Source: Candidatus Poribacteria bacterium
GTDB taxonomy: Bacteria; Poribacteria; WGA-4E; PCPOR2b
Length of the DNA stretch: 64,000 nucleotides
Direction of reading: 5' to 3'
Assembly (NCBI GenBank): GCA_965116925.1
Contig: OZ220744.1
Coordinates: forward strand, 192,001 to 256,000
Part shown: piece after piece, positions 50,934 to 61,219 of the stretch
Layout of the letters: every line of letters begins with the position of its first letter
Numbering within the stretch: position 1 is the first letter of the stretch
The notes under the pieces: generated by a model
Seen by the model: the letters and a program-made list of their open reading frames with translations, nothing else
Told to the model about the DNA's origin: nothing
Databases searched by the model: none
Position numbers and translations under genes: made by a program

Positions 50934-52007
50934 TTAATGGTTCCATGCTTGGCGCAGTAGCCGCAGCCAGTTTCCGTGCATAATGGCGGCAATATCGTCA
51001 TCATTGTAACCGCGATCTGCCAACAAACCCGCAAGTTTTTGAAGATCGGCAATGGTATCTAAATCGCAAGGGGATTGCTCCCGTCCATAGCCGCCGTCAA
51101 GGTCTGTGCCGATGCCAGCGTGACGGCTGTTGCCCGCCAATTGGCATACATGATCCATGTGGTCAACCACTGTGTTCAGCGTGACCGCTTCATTTGTGCT
51201 CTGTCCGGAGACCCAACCCGGTTGCAACATCCACGCATCAAAAGCTGCGCCAATCACACCATCTCGTTCAAAAATTGCTCGCAACTGTTCATCGCTGAAC
51301 TGACGTTGATGGGGCACCAGTGCCCGGCAGTTGTTATGGCTTGCTAACACCAATCCCTCGTAATGCTCTAACGCTTCCCAGAACGCCTGATCTGAGCAGT
51401 GGGTGAGATCGAGGGTAACGCCTAACCGCTCCATTTCAGCGAGCAGCGGCGGGCCCAATTCAGTTAAACCCAGTTCGGTGCCTGTCCCGCCGGCGTAACG
51501 TCCTGGCCCATAATGCGTAAGTCCAAGCAGACGCAGACCGCCGCCGACCCACTCCTCCAGCTGCTCCGGCTTTAGAATCGGATCCGCCCCTTCCATGCTG
51601 ATTACAAACCCAAGAGGTGGAGTGTCAGCCGATCCGGTTCCTTCCCACGCCTCCCAATCGGCGATATGGCTATCCAAATTCGCGCGATCTGCAATCATGC
51701 GAATATGACCCTCGTGTTCTAAAGCGCGATAGTAAGCCAACTGTCCTTGGGCAACGCCGTAGGACTGGACTGGTGAGGCATAATCCGCATGGGGTGCAGG
51801 TCGCCCAGTGGAACGGGCAAACAGGGTGACAACGGATACCGCGAGTCGCCCCTCACGCATATCTGGGAATGCGACGGTGCCTTGGGCGCGTCCCTTACCG
51901 GGAGTGCCGACCTCTTGTGTGCGGATAGTATAAGCGGAACGCAGCAAATCCCGATTACCTTGAAGAGCGTTCCAAGAAAGATCAAGGTGTGCATCAATAA
52001 TTAGCAT
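50934..52007 (-). CDS. Membrane dipeptidase family (M19) protein
   Basis: DAHLD, MEGAD, DLTH, ASHNN, GIGTDLDG. Confidence 0.9.
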   Translation of the reverse strand: MLIIDAHLDLSWNALQGNRDLLRSAYTIRTQEVGTPGKGRAQGTVAFPDMREGRLAVSVVTLFARSTGRPAPHADYASPVQSYGVAQGQLAYYRALEHEGHIRMIADRANLDSHIADWEAWEGTGSADTPPLGFVISMEGADPILKPEQLEEWVGGGLRLLGLTHYGPGRYAGGTGTELGLTELGPPLLAEMERLGVTLDLTHCSDQAFWEALEHYEGLVLASHNNCRALVPHQRQFSDEQLRAIFERDGVIGAAFDAWMLQPGWVSGQSTNEAVTLNTVVDHMDHVCQLAGNSRHAGIGTDLDGGYGREQSPCDLDTIADLQKLAGLLADRGYNDDDIAAIMHGNWLRLLRQAWNH

Positions 52008-52063
52008 AAGCAAAAATCTCCCGATAACGGGTTATAAAAAAACAAGCAGGATTTTAAGGCGAG

Positions 52064-53404
52064 CTACCGGACCAAGCGACGGAACGGATCCTTCTTCAGA
52101 TCAGATTCCAGCAAACTATCAACATCTCCCGCATCTACACCGGATTTTATCACACCCAATGTTCCCGCCACCGCATCAGCAGTCAAACGGATATCTTCTT
52201 CGGTGTGGGCAAGCGTTCCCTTAAATCCCATATAACAATGGATCCCTCGCTTTGCCATTTCTTGGACAAATAGCGTTTTGACTTGGGGTGCCAACGTTTC
52301 GTCTGGCAAGTCAAGGGAAACACCAAGGGCTGCGTGGAGACCGGTACAGGAACCTGATAGCCCACTCGCATCAATTACTTCGTTGAGAACGGAACGCAAA
52401 TTCTCGCCAAGTTCCTTAAACCGAACCTCAGAGTTCCGACGTCTCAATTCACGAATCGTCGTTAATGCAGCAACAGGTCCAATGTTATCACTCCAATAGG
52501 AACTGGAGATAAACATACGGCTGGCTGGCTCCATCACTTCTCGTGAGCCAACGACAGCACCCATCGGATAGCCGTTTGACATCGCCTTTGCGACGACCGT
52601 CATATCTGGGGTAACTCCTAGAGGTCTTTGCATACCACCAACCGAATACCGCCAACCACAAGATACCTCGTCAAAGATAAAAATGGCATCGTGCTTGTGG
52701 GCAAGGGCTTTAACGCCTTCCAGATATCCCGGCTCCGGCAACTCAGAGCGAGCGGGCTCCATCATAACTGCTGCAACCTCACCTTGATTCTCCTCTAGCA
52801 ATCCCTCTAACATAGCAAGGTCGCCGTAAACAAAGGGAATAGCCGTTCCCGCGAGTGCTTGAGGGACACCAATCGGTTCAATCCCTGCAAACGGATATTC
52901 ACCGCTTTCAGGATCGACACCGTAATTCGCCGCTTGATACCAGTCGTGCCAACCGTGATAGCCGCAGAATATAATCTTATCTTTGCCGGTTGTGCCTCGT
53001 GCGATGCGCGCCGCGACAGCACAGGCTTCGCCGCCACCTTTGGTATAACGTACCATCTCAGCACTTGGGATGGTTACTATCAGTTCCTCCGCTAATTCGA
53101 GTTCGATCGGTCCATTCAACGTGTAAAGGCTACCGCGATCAATCTGCTCTTTGACCGCCGTATCCACGACCGGATCCGCATGACCGAGGATAATCGCGCC
53201 GACTGCATTGACCCAATCGATGTATTCATTTCCATCTACGTCAATGAAACGTGAGCCTTTAGCGCGTTGGGCATAGGTCGGACTAACGCCGTTAGCAAAC
53301 TGACTGGCACGTCGGCTGATCAGTTGTGTCCAGCCGGGGATAATTTCGCCAGCCCGTTGGTAGAGTTCATTAGAACGGGTAACGTCATAGGTACGTTCAG
53401 ACAT
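52064..53404 (-). CDS. Class III aminotransferase (GSA-aminomutase-like)
   Basis: GYHGW, FDEV, AKAMSNG PLP lysine. Confidence 0.9.
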   Translation of the reverse strand: MSERTYDVTRSNELYQRAGEIIPGWTQLISRRASQFANGVSPTYAQRAKGSRFIDVDGNEYIDWVNAVGAIILGHADPVVDTAVKEQIDRGSLYTLNGPIELELAEELIVTIPSAEMVRYTKGGGEACAVAARIARGTTGKDKIIFCGYHGWHDWYQAANYGVDPESGEYPFAGIEPIGVPQALAGTAIPFVYGDLAMLEGLLEENQGEVAAVMMEPARSELPEPGYLEGVKALAHKHDAIFIFDEVSCGWRYSVGGMQRPLGVTPDMTVVAKAMSNGYPMGAVVGSREVMEPASRMFISSSYWSDNIGPVAALTTIRELRRRNSEVRFKELGENLRSVLNEVIDASGLSGSCTGLHAALGVSLDLPDETLAPQVKTLFVQEMAKRGIHCYMGFKGTLAHTEEDIRLTADAVAGTLGVIKSGVDAGDVDSLLESDLKKDPFRRLVR

Positions 53405-53474
53405 GTTTTACTCCTTTCTGTTTGGCATACTCCCAAAGCTAAAGCATTGGGAGTCTTACCCGTTGCTTTAGCAC

Positions 53475-53575
53475 GTAGGTTGGGTTGAACGGTAAAAGCG
53501 AATTCCTATCAATAACAATGGAATCTATGCTTTTGAACAACACCTTTTTATAAATAGGTTAAAGTGAAACCCAAC
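53475..53575 (+). repeat. 101-nt split-REP element, copy 3
   Basis: GTAGGTTGGGTTGAAC ... AGTGAAACCCAAC. Confidence 0.8.
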
Positions 53576-53598
53576 ACCATACTGAAGTGATTTACCTG

Positions 53599-53678
53599 TC
53601 GCTCCAGAGGAGCGATATGTCTATAGAATGTTGATACTCTATTGCCTCTGCGCTCCAGAGGAGCGCAATGTATATAGC
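53599..53678 (+). repeat. CGCTCCAGNGGAGCG doublet element
   Basis: Two hairpins with a conserved linker; second copy at ~60975-61053. Confidence 0.75.
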
Positions 53679-53752
53679 AAAATTCTGTCTTTGTTTCCTG
53701 CTCGTTTTCAGTATTTGCCATAGCGGAACAATAAGCAGTAACTCGCGCTATA

Positions 53753-55174
53753 CTATTCAGCCACAGCCGGTCTCCGTTTCCAAAAACCTGTCGCCTGTTC
53801 AAAGGCATGAGCCAATTGAAGCACACCAAAGTCGTCTTGGTGTCGCCCAACAATTTGGACACCTACCGGCAAACCGTTGGGGGTGAAACCACAAGGCACC
53901 GAAATCGCAGGTAAGCCGAGAACGCTAATGTAATAGCAGGAGCGCATCCAGTCGATATATGTCTCCATTTTCACGCCGTTGATTTCAGTAATATACCGCT
54001 GCTTCACGTCGAAGGGGAGTGCCTGATTAACGGGAAGAATCAGAAATTCGTAAGTCTCCATGAACTCCCGCACACGCTGATAAAGTGCTGTCCGCTTAAT
54101 CTCTGCCTCCCCAATCTGTTGCCCACTTAACTCCATACCCGCTTTGATGTTCCAAACCACGGTCTCCTTTATCTGGTCCGGGTGGGTTTCTAGCAGCTTG
54201 GAATAAGCAAGTTCAAAACGCCATGCACGCCACACCTTAAATGCCTCGTCCGCGTCCGTGAAATCCGGAGCGTCGTTCACAGCTACACAGCCTAACGATT
54301 CAAAGATCCCTCGTTGTGCATCAATGGTGGCAGTCACCTGCGGATCCACCGGCAGTCCCCCCAGATCTCGATCCCAAGCGATATGCACACCACTGAAATC
54401 ACGTTCAAGGGAGCGAGAGAACATCTCCCCCGGCTCACTGATAGAGATCGGTGCGCGTCGATCGGGACCAGCAATTGCACTCAACATCAAGGCAGCATCC
54501 TGTACTGTCCGCGCCATGGGGCCCTCCACCGATATCGGAAACCAACCCAACACGGCGGGCCACACAGGCACTCTGCCCGGAGAAGTGCGAAAGCCCACGA
54601 CATTACAGAAGTTGGCGGGATTGCGAAGCGAACCACCCATATCACTCCCATCTGCGATAGGCAGCATACCACAGGCTAACGCAACCGCAGCACCGCCACT
54701 ACTACCGCCACAGGTCTTGGTTAAGTCATACGGATTGAGCGTCTCTCCAAACACCTCGTTGTAGGTTTGCGATCCAGCACCAAACTCCGGCGTGTTGGTC
54801 TTGCCAATGGTAATAGCTCCGGCTTTCTTCAGACGTTCCACAATCAGAGCGTCGTGTTCAGGCACAAAGTCCTTAAAAATTGGAGAGCCGTAGGTGGTGC
54901 ACATCCCTTTGGTTTCAACGAGATCTTTATGCGCTATGGGCAGCCCATGCAGCGGACCCACCTCCTCGCCACGCGCCAACGCTGCATCCGCGGCATCTGC
55001 TTGGTCTATCACTTCGGTGCGATCCAAGTGTGTAACGATGGCGTTTACCTTCGGATTAACGCGCTCGATTTGAGCCAAATGTGCTTCCATAACCTCTCTG
55101 ACGGAGAGCTCCTTCGCACGGATCCGACGCATCAACTCTGTAGCGGTTAGGAAACATATCTCTGTATTGGACAT
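53753..55174 (-). CDS. Amidase signature family enzyme
   Basis: HKDL, GGSSGG, GSDMGGSLRNPA. Confidence 0.95.
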   Translation of the reverse strand: MSNTEICFLTATELMRRIRAKELSVREVMEAHLAQIERVNPKVNAIVTHLDRTEVIDQADAADAALARGEEVGPLHGLPIAHKDLVETKGMCTTYGSPIFKDFVPEHDALIVERLKKAGAITIGKTNTPEFGAGSQTYNEVFGETLNPYDLTKTCGGSSGGAAVALACGMLPIADGSDMGGSLRNPANFCNVVGFRTSPGRVPVWPAVLGWFPISVEGPMARTVQDAALMLSAIAGPDRRAPISISEPGEMFSRSLERDFSGVHIAWDRDLGGLPVDPQVTATIDAQRGIFESLGCVAVNDAPDFTDADEAFKVWRAWRFELAYSKLLETHPDQIKETVVWNIKAGMELSGQQIGEAEIKRTALYQRVREFMETYEFLILPVNQALPFDVKQRYITEINGVKMETYIDWMRSCYYISVLGLPAISVPCGFTPNGLPVGVQIVGRHQDDFGVLQLAHAFEQATGFWKRRPAVAE

Positions 55175-55182
55175 AAATTCTT

Positions 55183-56193
55183 CTAATCCTTCCAATTAAA
55201 AATGACGCCCAACATCGATTTTTCCCGATGGTACGCCATCTCATAAGCCTTGACTATCTCTGTGTAGTGGAAGCGATGGGTGACTAACCGCTTCGGCTCA
55301 ACGAGTCCCTCCGCCATTAACGAAACGATATAATCTCCCTGTCGATCATTGTGGAATCGGGTTTCAGGTGTAGGATAAAGATACCCTGGAGGTCCGGACA
55401 CCGCGATGATTGAGATCCCTTTGTTATAGAACAATTCCATCGGCAACGGATTAAAATCGAGAGACGGTTCGCCACGCCCAAGCAGACTGACCACGGATAC
55501 GCGACCGTTATCCCGGACTATCTCTAGAGATGTGCGAAAAGCGGGCCAAGGATTTGCCGTGAGGATAACCAAATCAATGCCGATACCCTTGGTAAATTCA
55601 TCTAACTTTGTATCTAGATCAGGATCGTTATACAGGAATGCGGCGTGGGCACCCATTCGCTTTGCCATCTCTAAGCGGATGGGACTGTTGCCAATTCCAA
55701 CAACCCTTGCCCCAAAGGGCTGACCCAATCCAACCGCTCCCAATCCAAGCACCCCTAGCCCGACCACCGCCACATTCTCACCGGGCTGAAAATGCGCTTT
55801 GCGATAGCAGTGACCGCTGAGGGCATAGAGATGGGTGTAGACAGCATCCTCTGGATGAACACCATCGGGCACTTTGACAATGCTTGCCGATTCGTCGGTG
55901 ATATATTCGGATTGGTGAGGTTGACGGGTCACAACCCGATCACCAACCTTTACACGAGTCACTTCACTGCCGATACCACGAACAGTCCCCAAGTTGCTGT
56001 CCCCGACCCATCGGGGATAGCCCGGTGCGCCTGGGACCTGTTCCGCACCTTCATAGTTGCCGCGATCTGTCCCAATTTTTAGGGCGGAGATCTCGGTCTC
56101 AATCCAAATGTCTGTCGGTTTCAAGTTATCCGTATCAAGGGGGTGTTCCTCCATGCGAAGATCTCGTGCTCCGTATAGAATTGGAATTTTCAT
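55183..56193 (-). CDS. MDR (zinc-ADH-like) oxidoreductase
   Basis: GLGVLG Rossmann motif, GroES-like N-terminus; canonical Cys/GHE zinc ligands not evident. Confidence 0.8.
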   Translation of the reverse strand: MKIPILYGARDLRMEEHPLDTDNLKPTDIWIETEISALKIGTDRGNYEGAEQVPGAPGYPRWVGDSNLGTVRGIGSEVTRVKVGDRVVTRQPHQSEYITDESASIVKVPDGVHPEDAVYTHLYALSGHCYRKAHFQPGENVAVVGLGVLGLGAVGLGQPFGARVVGIGNSPIRLEMAKRMGAHAAFLYNDPDLDTKLDEFTKGIGIDLVILTANPWPAFRTSLEIVRDNGRVSVVSLLGRGEPSLDFNPLPMELFYNKGISIIAVSGPPGYLYPTPETRFHNDRQGDYIVSLMAEGLVEPKRLVTHRFHYTEIVKAYEMAYHREKSMLGVIFNWKD

Positions 56194-56216
56194 ACGCTCT
56201 CCTCAAAAGTCGGGTG

Positions 56217-57692
56217 TTAGATATTATCAAAGGGATATAATCTGCGACCGAGTCGTTTGAAGGTCAAATCACTCAGTGTATGGACGCTAGGCTCATACAC
56301 AACATGGATCGCCCCCGCCCACGACTCAAACCCTGCGCGAAAGTGGGCGGAAGATTTGACCCCGATATAGCGCATCTGGCGCGGCTCTAGTCCAAGTGTA
56401 CGCGAAAAGGCGGTGTCAAAGGGTTGCTCCCGCTGCGTGACCAACAGGACGTGAATACCGTCCTGCTTGATATGCGCTGATGGTCCCATGGTACTGCTCA
56501 AACCGGCAAGCATCGGTCCATCGTAACGGAAATCGCCATCCGACAGCGCAATCACCTCTGCTGTCATGCGGATAGGCTGCCCCTGTGTGGGGGTTGATTT
56601 GGCACCAACATCTAGGGTCAACGTCGCGCCCACGCCAGCGCGATGACACGCTGCAATTGCCTCCGGATCAACGATGTAAAGTATGCAGGCATCCTGAAGC
56701 CCCGCTTCTATGAAACACTCCAACATACCGGTGCTATCGCCCGGGGAACCACCGCCGGTATTGTCGTTTCGATCCGCAAAAATCACCGGGAATTTTCCCT
56801 CCGCTTCGGCAATTTCTAGGGCTTCACGCGTTGTCAGTGAAGGACCGTGCCACGTTTCGCGTCGCTCAAAGATCCATTCCCCCAACTGGTCAGCATAGTT
56901 CTGAGCTAAGGCTTGGTCATTATCGGTCACGATGTAAACCGATGCGCCCATATTCGGCACATCCGCTAAATAGTAGCAGGTTGCAATCGAACCACAGATG
57001 ACGCCGGGCTGGGCTTCGATACGATGCAGCTCCTCAATCGCCTCCCGCATCGGTGGGTGCGCTGTGACTTGGTGTATCCCCCAGATCATCGGGATTTGAT
57101 GCAGTGCCATCGTCGGGCGTTTGCCATCATTCACAATGGACATCAGCACATCGGCACATTCGCGACTGCGCTCCGCCATATCAATCTCCGGATAGGTCTC
57201 CCGCCCAATCAACACATCTGCAGCGTCAACCATCTCTGGAGAGACGTTGGAATGAATATCCAGTTGTGCAAGGATCGGAATCTCTGGACCAACCACCTGA
57301 CGAATCGCTGCCAGTATATGACCCTCTGGGTCGTCAATGCTATCAGGCTCCTCAAGGTATCCGACCACCATCGAGCCGTGCAACCCAAACAGCACCCCGT
57401 CTATTGAACCGGCTTCAGCAATTCCGTTTAATATCTCCTCCAAAATAGCATCAAAGATGTTTCGAGGGGTTGGTCCGCTGGGGTGTGCTTCAGCGAAAAC
57501 GGTCGGAATTAGTTCAAAACCGTGAGTTTCCGCACCGTCAATAAATCCGCCAATTGGGGTGTTGGTGCGTCGGAATATATTTAATATCTCTTCGCCCCGC
57601 AGGTAGAACCGTTCCTTGTAACTCTCCCAATCTGTTTCGACTGTGGTGAAAGTACTGGTCTCGTGGGCGATCCCGCCGGTAACAACTCTCAT
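56217..57692 (-). CDS. M81 metallopeptidase (MlrC-like)
   Basis: HETSTF, LHGSM, LDIHSN, DNTGGG, KSSAHFRA. Confidence 0.9.
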   Translation of the reverse strand: MRVVTGGIAHETSTFTTVETDWESYKERFYLRGEEILNIFRRTNTPIGGFIDGAETHGFELIPTVFAEAHPSGPTPRNIFDAILEEILNGIAEAGSIDGVLFGLHGSMVVGYLEEPDSIDDPEGHILAAIRQVVGPEIPILAQLDIHSNVSPEMVDAADVLIGRETYPEIDMAERSRECADVLMSIVNDGKRPTMALHQIPMIWGIHQVTAHPPMREAIEELHRIEAQPGVICGSIATCYYLADVPNMGASVYIVTDNDQALAQNYADQLGEWIFERRETWHGPSLTTREALEIAEAEGKFPVIFADRNDNTGGGSPGDSTGMLECFIEAGLQDACILYIVDPEAIAACHRAGVGATLTLDVGAKSTPTQGQPIRMTAEVIALSDGDFRYDGPMLAGLSSTMGPSAHIKQDGIHVLLVTQREQPFDTAFSRTLGLEPRQMRYIGVKSSAHFRAGFESWAGAIHVVYEPSVHTLSDLTFKRLGRRLYPFDNI

Positions 57693-57941
57693 TGGTGTTT
57701 CTCCTTTAACTCTCCCGTTCTATGATTCGGGTGCACCATCGGAAAACGCTGGATTTTATGATCATAGATAAACGCGCAGCTATCTTACCAATTTATCAAC
57801 CACTGGTCAACAAAAATCACTGAGCGAAACTTCTAGCAGGGCAACGGTGTTTATAAAATCATTGATCCGCTGCTATTCTGATGTTATAATCTTAGGTCAA
57901 CGTTTCAAGATTTCTACTCCTAAAAAGAAGGAGAATGCGTT

Positions 57942-58541
57942 TTGCGTACCTCCGACGAAGAATTGATGATGAAGTGTCGAAACGGTGACATGAGTGCTTT
58001 CGAGTTAATCGTGATGCGCTATAAAGACCTCATCACAAATTTCATCTATCGATCTGTAGGCGACTATCACCGAGCGGAAGACTTGGCGCAGGAGACGTTT
58101 CTGCGCGTTTTCAGGAGTGCGAACCGTTATGAGCCGAAGTGTCGATTCAAAAATTGGCTGTATCTTATCGCAACGAATTTATGTCGTAATGAAATTCGGG
58201 ATCGGAAGCGACGCAATACCGCCTATCTTGACGATCTTGTGCCTGACAGTGAAGATGTCAGCTATTTTGAGTTAATGCAGGATGTCAGTCAACTGCCCGA
58301 CGAAGTCTACGAGAAAAAGGAACGACAAATCATCATCCAACAAACAATTAACCGCTTACCTGAAAACCAACGTCTGGCACTGCTTCTTGTAAGCTATCAA
58401 AATCTGAGGTACGATGAAATCGCAGAAGTGCTTGAGTGCTCTGTTAGTGCCGTGAAATCGCTTATCCATCGCGCCCGCCAGAATATGAAAACACTCCTAA
58501 TAGAAGTTGGAATTGGAGAGAGTTCCCATGCTAAAGTGTGA
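57942..58541 (+). CDS. ECF RNA polymerase sigma factor
   Basis: AEDLAQETF, WLYLIATN, region 4 'VKSLIHRAR'; TTG start with AGGAG RBS. Confidence 0.9.
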   Translation: MRTSDEELMMKCRNGDMSAFELIVMRYKDLITNFIYRSVGDYHRAEDLAQETFLRVFRSANRYEPKCRFKNWLYLIATNLCRNEIRDRKRRNTAYLDDLVPDSEDVSYFELMQDVSQLPDEVYEKKERQIIIQQTINRLPENQRLALLLVSYQNLRYDEIAEVLECSVSAVKSLIHRARQNMKTLLIEVGIGESSHAKV

Positions 58542-59091
58542 AAATGTTCAACCACAGTTATCCGCTTATGTAGACCGTGAGATGCCCTTGTGGACAATTC
58601 AGCTGATTCAGTGGCACCTCAAGCGTTGTTCAAGTTGTGCACACGAGACAATGCGCCTCCGACAAACAAACAAAATCCTTCACCAACTTGAGCCGGTGAA
58701 AACCTCTGACAATTTCCTGTCGGATCTAATGCGTCAAGCCGCAGCAATCACTGTAATTGAAAAGGAGCGAATCCCTGTTATTCGTCGTGTCCTACGGCGA
58801 CTGGAGTCATCGTTTGCATGGATGCTTTATAGCTTTCGGACGCGAGTGCGTCCCTATGCCGTTGTAACTTCATTGGCAGTGGTCGCAGCTGTCATGAGTA
58901 TGACGCTGTACCAACCACGGCTCCCACTCTTATCGAACGATACGCTGACACTGGCTCAGGCACCAACGGATAAACAAGCCGTGCTCGTAGAATTTGAGAT
59001 TGTTCCGATCAATCAATTCCCTAAACCGCACCTATCTGCTAATCGACGAACGGTGCCTTTCACACCAATCGACCAACAACAAGGAAGGTAA
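58528..59091 (+). CDS. Zinc-binding anti-sigma factor (zf-HC2) with TM helix
   Basis: LSAYVD, HLKRCSSC; overlaps the sigma gene. Confidence 0.85.
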   Translation: MLKCENVQPQLSAYVDREMPLWTIQLIQWHLKRCSSCAHETMRLRQTNKILHQLEPVKTSDNFLSDLMRQAAAITVIEKERIPVIRRVLRRLESSFAWMLYSFRTRVRPYAVVTSLAVVAAVMSMTLYQPRLPLLSNDTLTLAQAPTDKQAVLVEFEIVPINQFPKPHLSANRRTVPFTPIDQQQGR

Positions 59092-59110
59092 CAAAGCGTC
59101 AATTCTAATA

Positions 59111-59218
59111 TATAGTGAATTCAAAAAATAAATAGACACTTTCGCCCCCCATGTTTGGTAGGCGCTGTTTTCAACTGCGCCGATCTGGAGTGTCTCATTA
59201 ATTCTAAAATCTACTATA
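59111..59218 (+). mobile_element. MITE family 1 copy
   Basis: TATAGTGAATTCAAAAAATAAATAGACAC...CATTAATTCTAAAATCTACTATA; GTAGGCGC hairpin. Confidence 0.8.
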
Positions 59219-59220
59219 AA

Positions 59221-59342
59221 TAGGCCTTACGCATTCCCTCTCAAAGTCCCCCTGATAAGGGGGATTTAGGGGGTTAAATACAACAAAATAACAACTTTTC
59301 AGCAAAATGTACCATGTTTCTGTTCAATTTGTGTAAGTCCTG
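59221..59342. mobile_element. MITE family 2 copy
   Basis: TAGGCCTTACGCA...TGTGTAAGTCCTG with the CCCCCTGATAAGGGGG core. Confidence 0.75.
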
Positions 59343-59377
59343 ATAAAGATAGGAATGAATTGCGGAAGGGAATAAAG

Positions 59378-60346
59378 ATGCCCAAAGCGATTTGTATCGG
59401 TGAACTACTCATCGATTTCGTTTCCACAACAGTTGATGTCACGCTTGCAGAAGCACCGGGATTCGCCAAAGCAGCGGGCGGTGCAACTGCGAACGTCGCC
59501 GTTGGCTTGGCAAAACTTGGCGTTGATTCAGGGTTTATCGGCAAAATTGGCGATGAACCGTTCGGCAATTTTCTGCGGGAGACACTTAAACAGAGTCGTG
59601 TTGATACCTCTCATCTCATCTCAGAGGCGAATCGCCGGACAACATTAGCATTTGTTGCTACCCGATCCGATGGCGCAAAGGACATCCTTTTCTATCGCAA
59701 TCCGGGGGCGGATATCCTGCTCAGACCTGACGAAATTGAGGCAGCGTATGTTCAATCTGCAGCCGTGTTTCACTACGGTTCGTGCAGTTTGAGTCACCAA
59801 CCCGTCCGCGACGCCACGTTGCAGGCGATTCAGTATGCGAAGGAAGCTAGCGCATTCATCTCCTACGATCCAAATCTGCGTCTGGTGATGTGGGATGCGC
59901 CGGAAGAGGCTAAACGCTGGATCTGGGAAGTTATGCCGTATGCGAATGTCGTCAAAGCCGCTGACGAGGAGTGGGAGTTTATCACGGGCACTCCTGAATT
60001 GGAGGAGGGAAGTGAGCGAATCTTGGAGACCGGCGTGGAACTGGTTATCGTGACGCTAGGCGAACACGGTTGTTATTACAATAACGGCTTGCATCAAGGT
60101 TATGTGGACGGATTCAAGGTCGAAGTGGTAGACCCACTCGGTGCGGGTGATGGATTCGTCGCAGCGATGCTAACACAAATAATGCGTTCCTCCGAAGGTG
60201 CGGGAAAACTGCCTGAACTCGATGATAACCAACTCCAAGAAATCATGAAATACGCCAACGCAGCAGGAGCCTTAACAACACAGAAAATCGGGGTCATCCC
60301 CGCTTTACCAACAGCATCGGAAATTGAAGCCTTTCTCAATTTTTAA
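59378..60346 (+). CDS. PfkB family carbohydrate kinase (fructokinase-like)
   Basis: GGATANVA, YDPNLR, DPLGAGDGF. Confidence 0.9.
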   Translation: MPKAICIGELLIDFVSTTVDVTLAEAPGFAKAAGGATANVAVGLAKLGVDSGFIGKIGDEPFGNFLRETLKQSRVDTSHLISEANRRTTLAFVATRSDGAKDILFYRNPGADILLRPDEIEAAYVQSAAVFHYGSCSLSHQPVRDATLQAIQYAKEASAFISYDPNLRLVMWDAPEEAKRWIWEVMPYANVVKAADEEWEFITGTPELEEGSERILETGVELVIVTLGEHGCYYNNGLHQGYVDGFKVEVVDPLGAGDGFVAAMLTQIMRSSEGAGKLPELDDNQLQEIMKYANAAGALTTQKIGVIPALPTASEIEAFLNF

Positions 60347-60488
60347 CTTATTTAGGGATTACGCACTTCAGATTGTAGTTGCCCGATTTATCGGGCATCA
60401 CGTTTCACGTTATCAATTGTTACAAACTAGCACCATTGGTTATGAAAGATATTGTGCATTACCATCCCATACAGAAAGGAATTACAGC

Positions 60489-60875
60489 ATGAGTGAAAAA
60501 ATAAGTGGAGCATTTGCTTCGCACATAAAGGATGCTAACTGGGAAGAAGGTTTACGCCCCTATTTCCTCTACCGAGATCTGGGGATCAACACCGCCACCG
60601 ATGGCAAGGTATTGGCACACGTCATTCGCGCCAACCAATCTTGTGACGGACCCATGGGCTACCACTCCCATGCCCTCGACTTCCAGATGAATTACCTGCT
60701 CAAGGGTTGGGCACGACTTGACTTTGAAGACATCGGCGAGATCCGCGTTGAGGCGGGCGATGCTTGGTATCAACCCCCCGGAATCAAGCATGAAGTGCTG
60801 GAGTATTCCGATGATTTTGAGGTCATTGAAATCACCATGCCCGCCGAGTTCCCCACACAAGATGAATCACGCTAG
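60489..60875 (+). CDS. Cupin domain protein
   Basis: HSH...FQ, QPPGIKH; GAAAGGA RBS. Confidence 0.85.
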   Translation: MSEKISGAFASHIKDANWEEGLRPYFLYRDLGINTATDGKVLAHVIRANQSCDGPMGYHSHALDFQMNYLLKGWARLDFEDIGEIRVEAGDAWYQPPGIKHEVLEYSDDFEVIEITMPAEFPTQDESR

Positions 60876-60889
60876 ATAGCATTAACACA

Positions 60890-61165
60890 TAGGACTTACG
60901 CATTCAAAATACGCTCATGTAAAGAAATTGTGTAACAGTGCAGGGACGGGATTTCCCCGTCGGTCAAACGCTTTTCGCTCCAGCGGAGCGATATATCTAT
61001 AGAATGCCGATACCTATGATACCCGCGCTCCAGCGGAGCGCAATGTATAAAGCGTACTAGTACACTGTCAGGCAAATTATGATTGTCTATATGGATCGAG
61101 ACTCATAATACTTCGTAGGGGTCGGGTCACCCGACCCCCTTGTTGATATGCAAAACTTATATGAC
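60890..61165. repeat. Composite of degenerate MITE ends and REP hairpins
   Basis: Family 2 end (TAGGACTTACGCA), family 3 end (GCTCATGTAAAGAAA), CGCTCC doublet, GTAGGGGTCGGGTCACCCGACCCC. Confidence 0.6.
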
Positions 61166-61219
61166 TGAGTACTAGTTCAATGAACTAATGAACTAGTAAA
61201 CCAAATTGGAAGGATTAAT

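Noticed and set aside
57942..59091. ECF sigma as the target of the RsbW/STAS locus
   Set aside because: 12 kb away and has its own overlapping zinc anti-sigma factor
60324..60488. N-terminal extension of the cupin ORF
   Set aside because: Runs through repeat DNA; the RBS supports ATG at 60489
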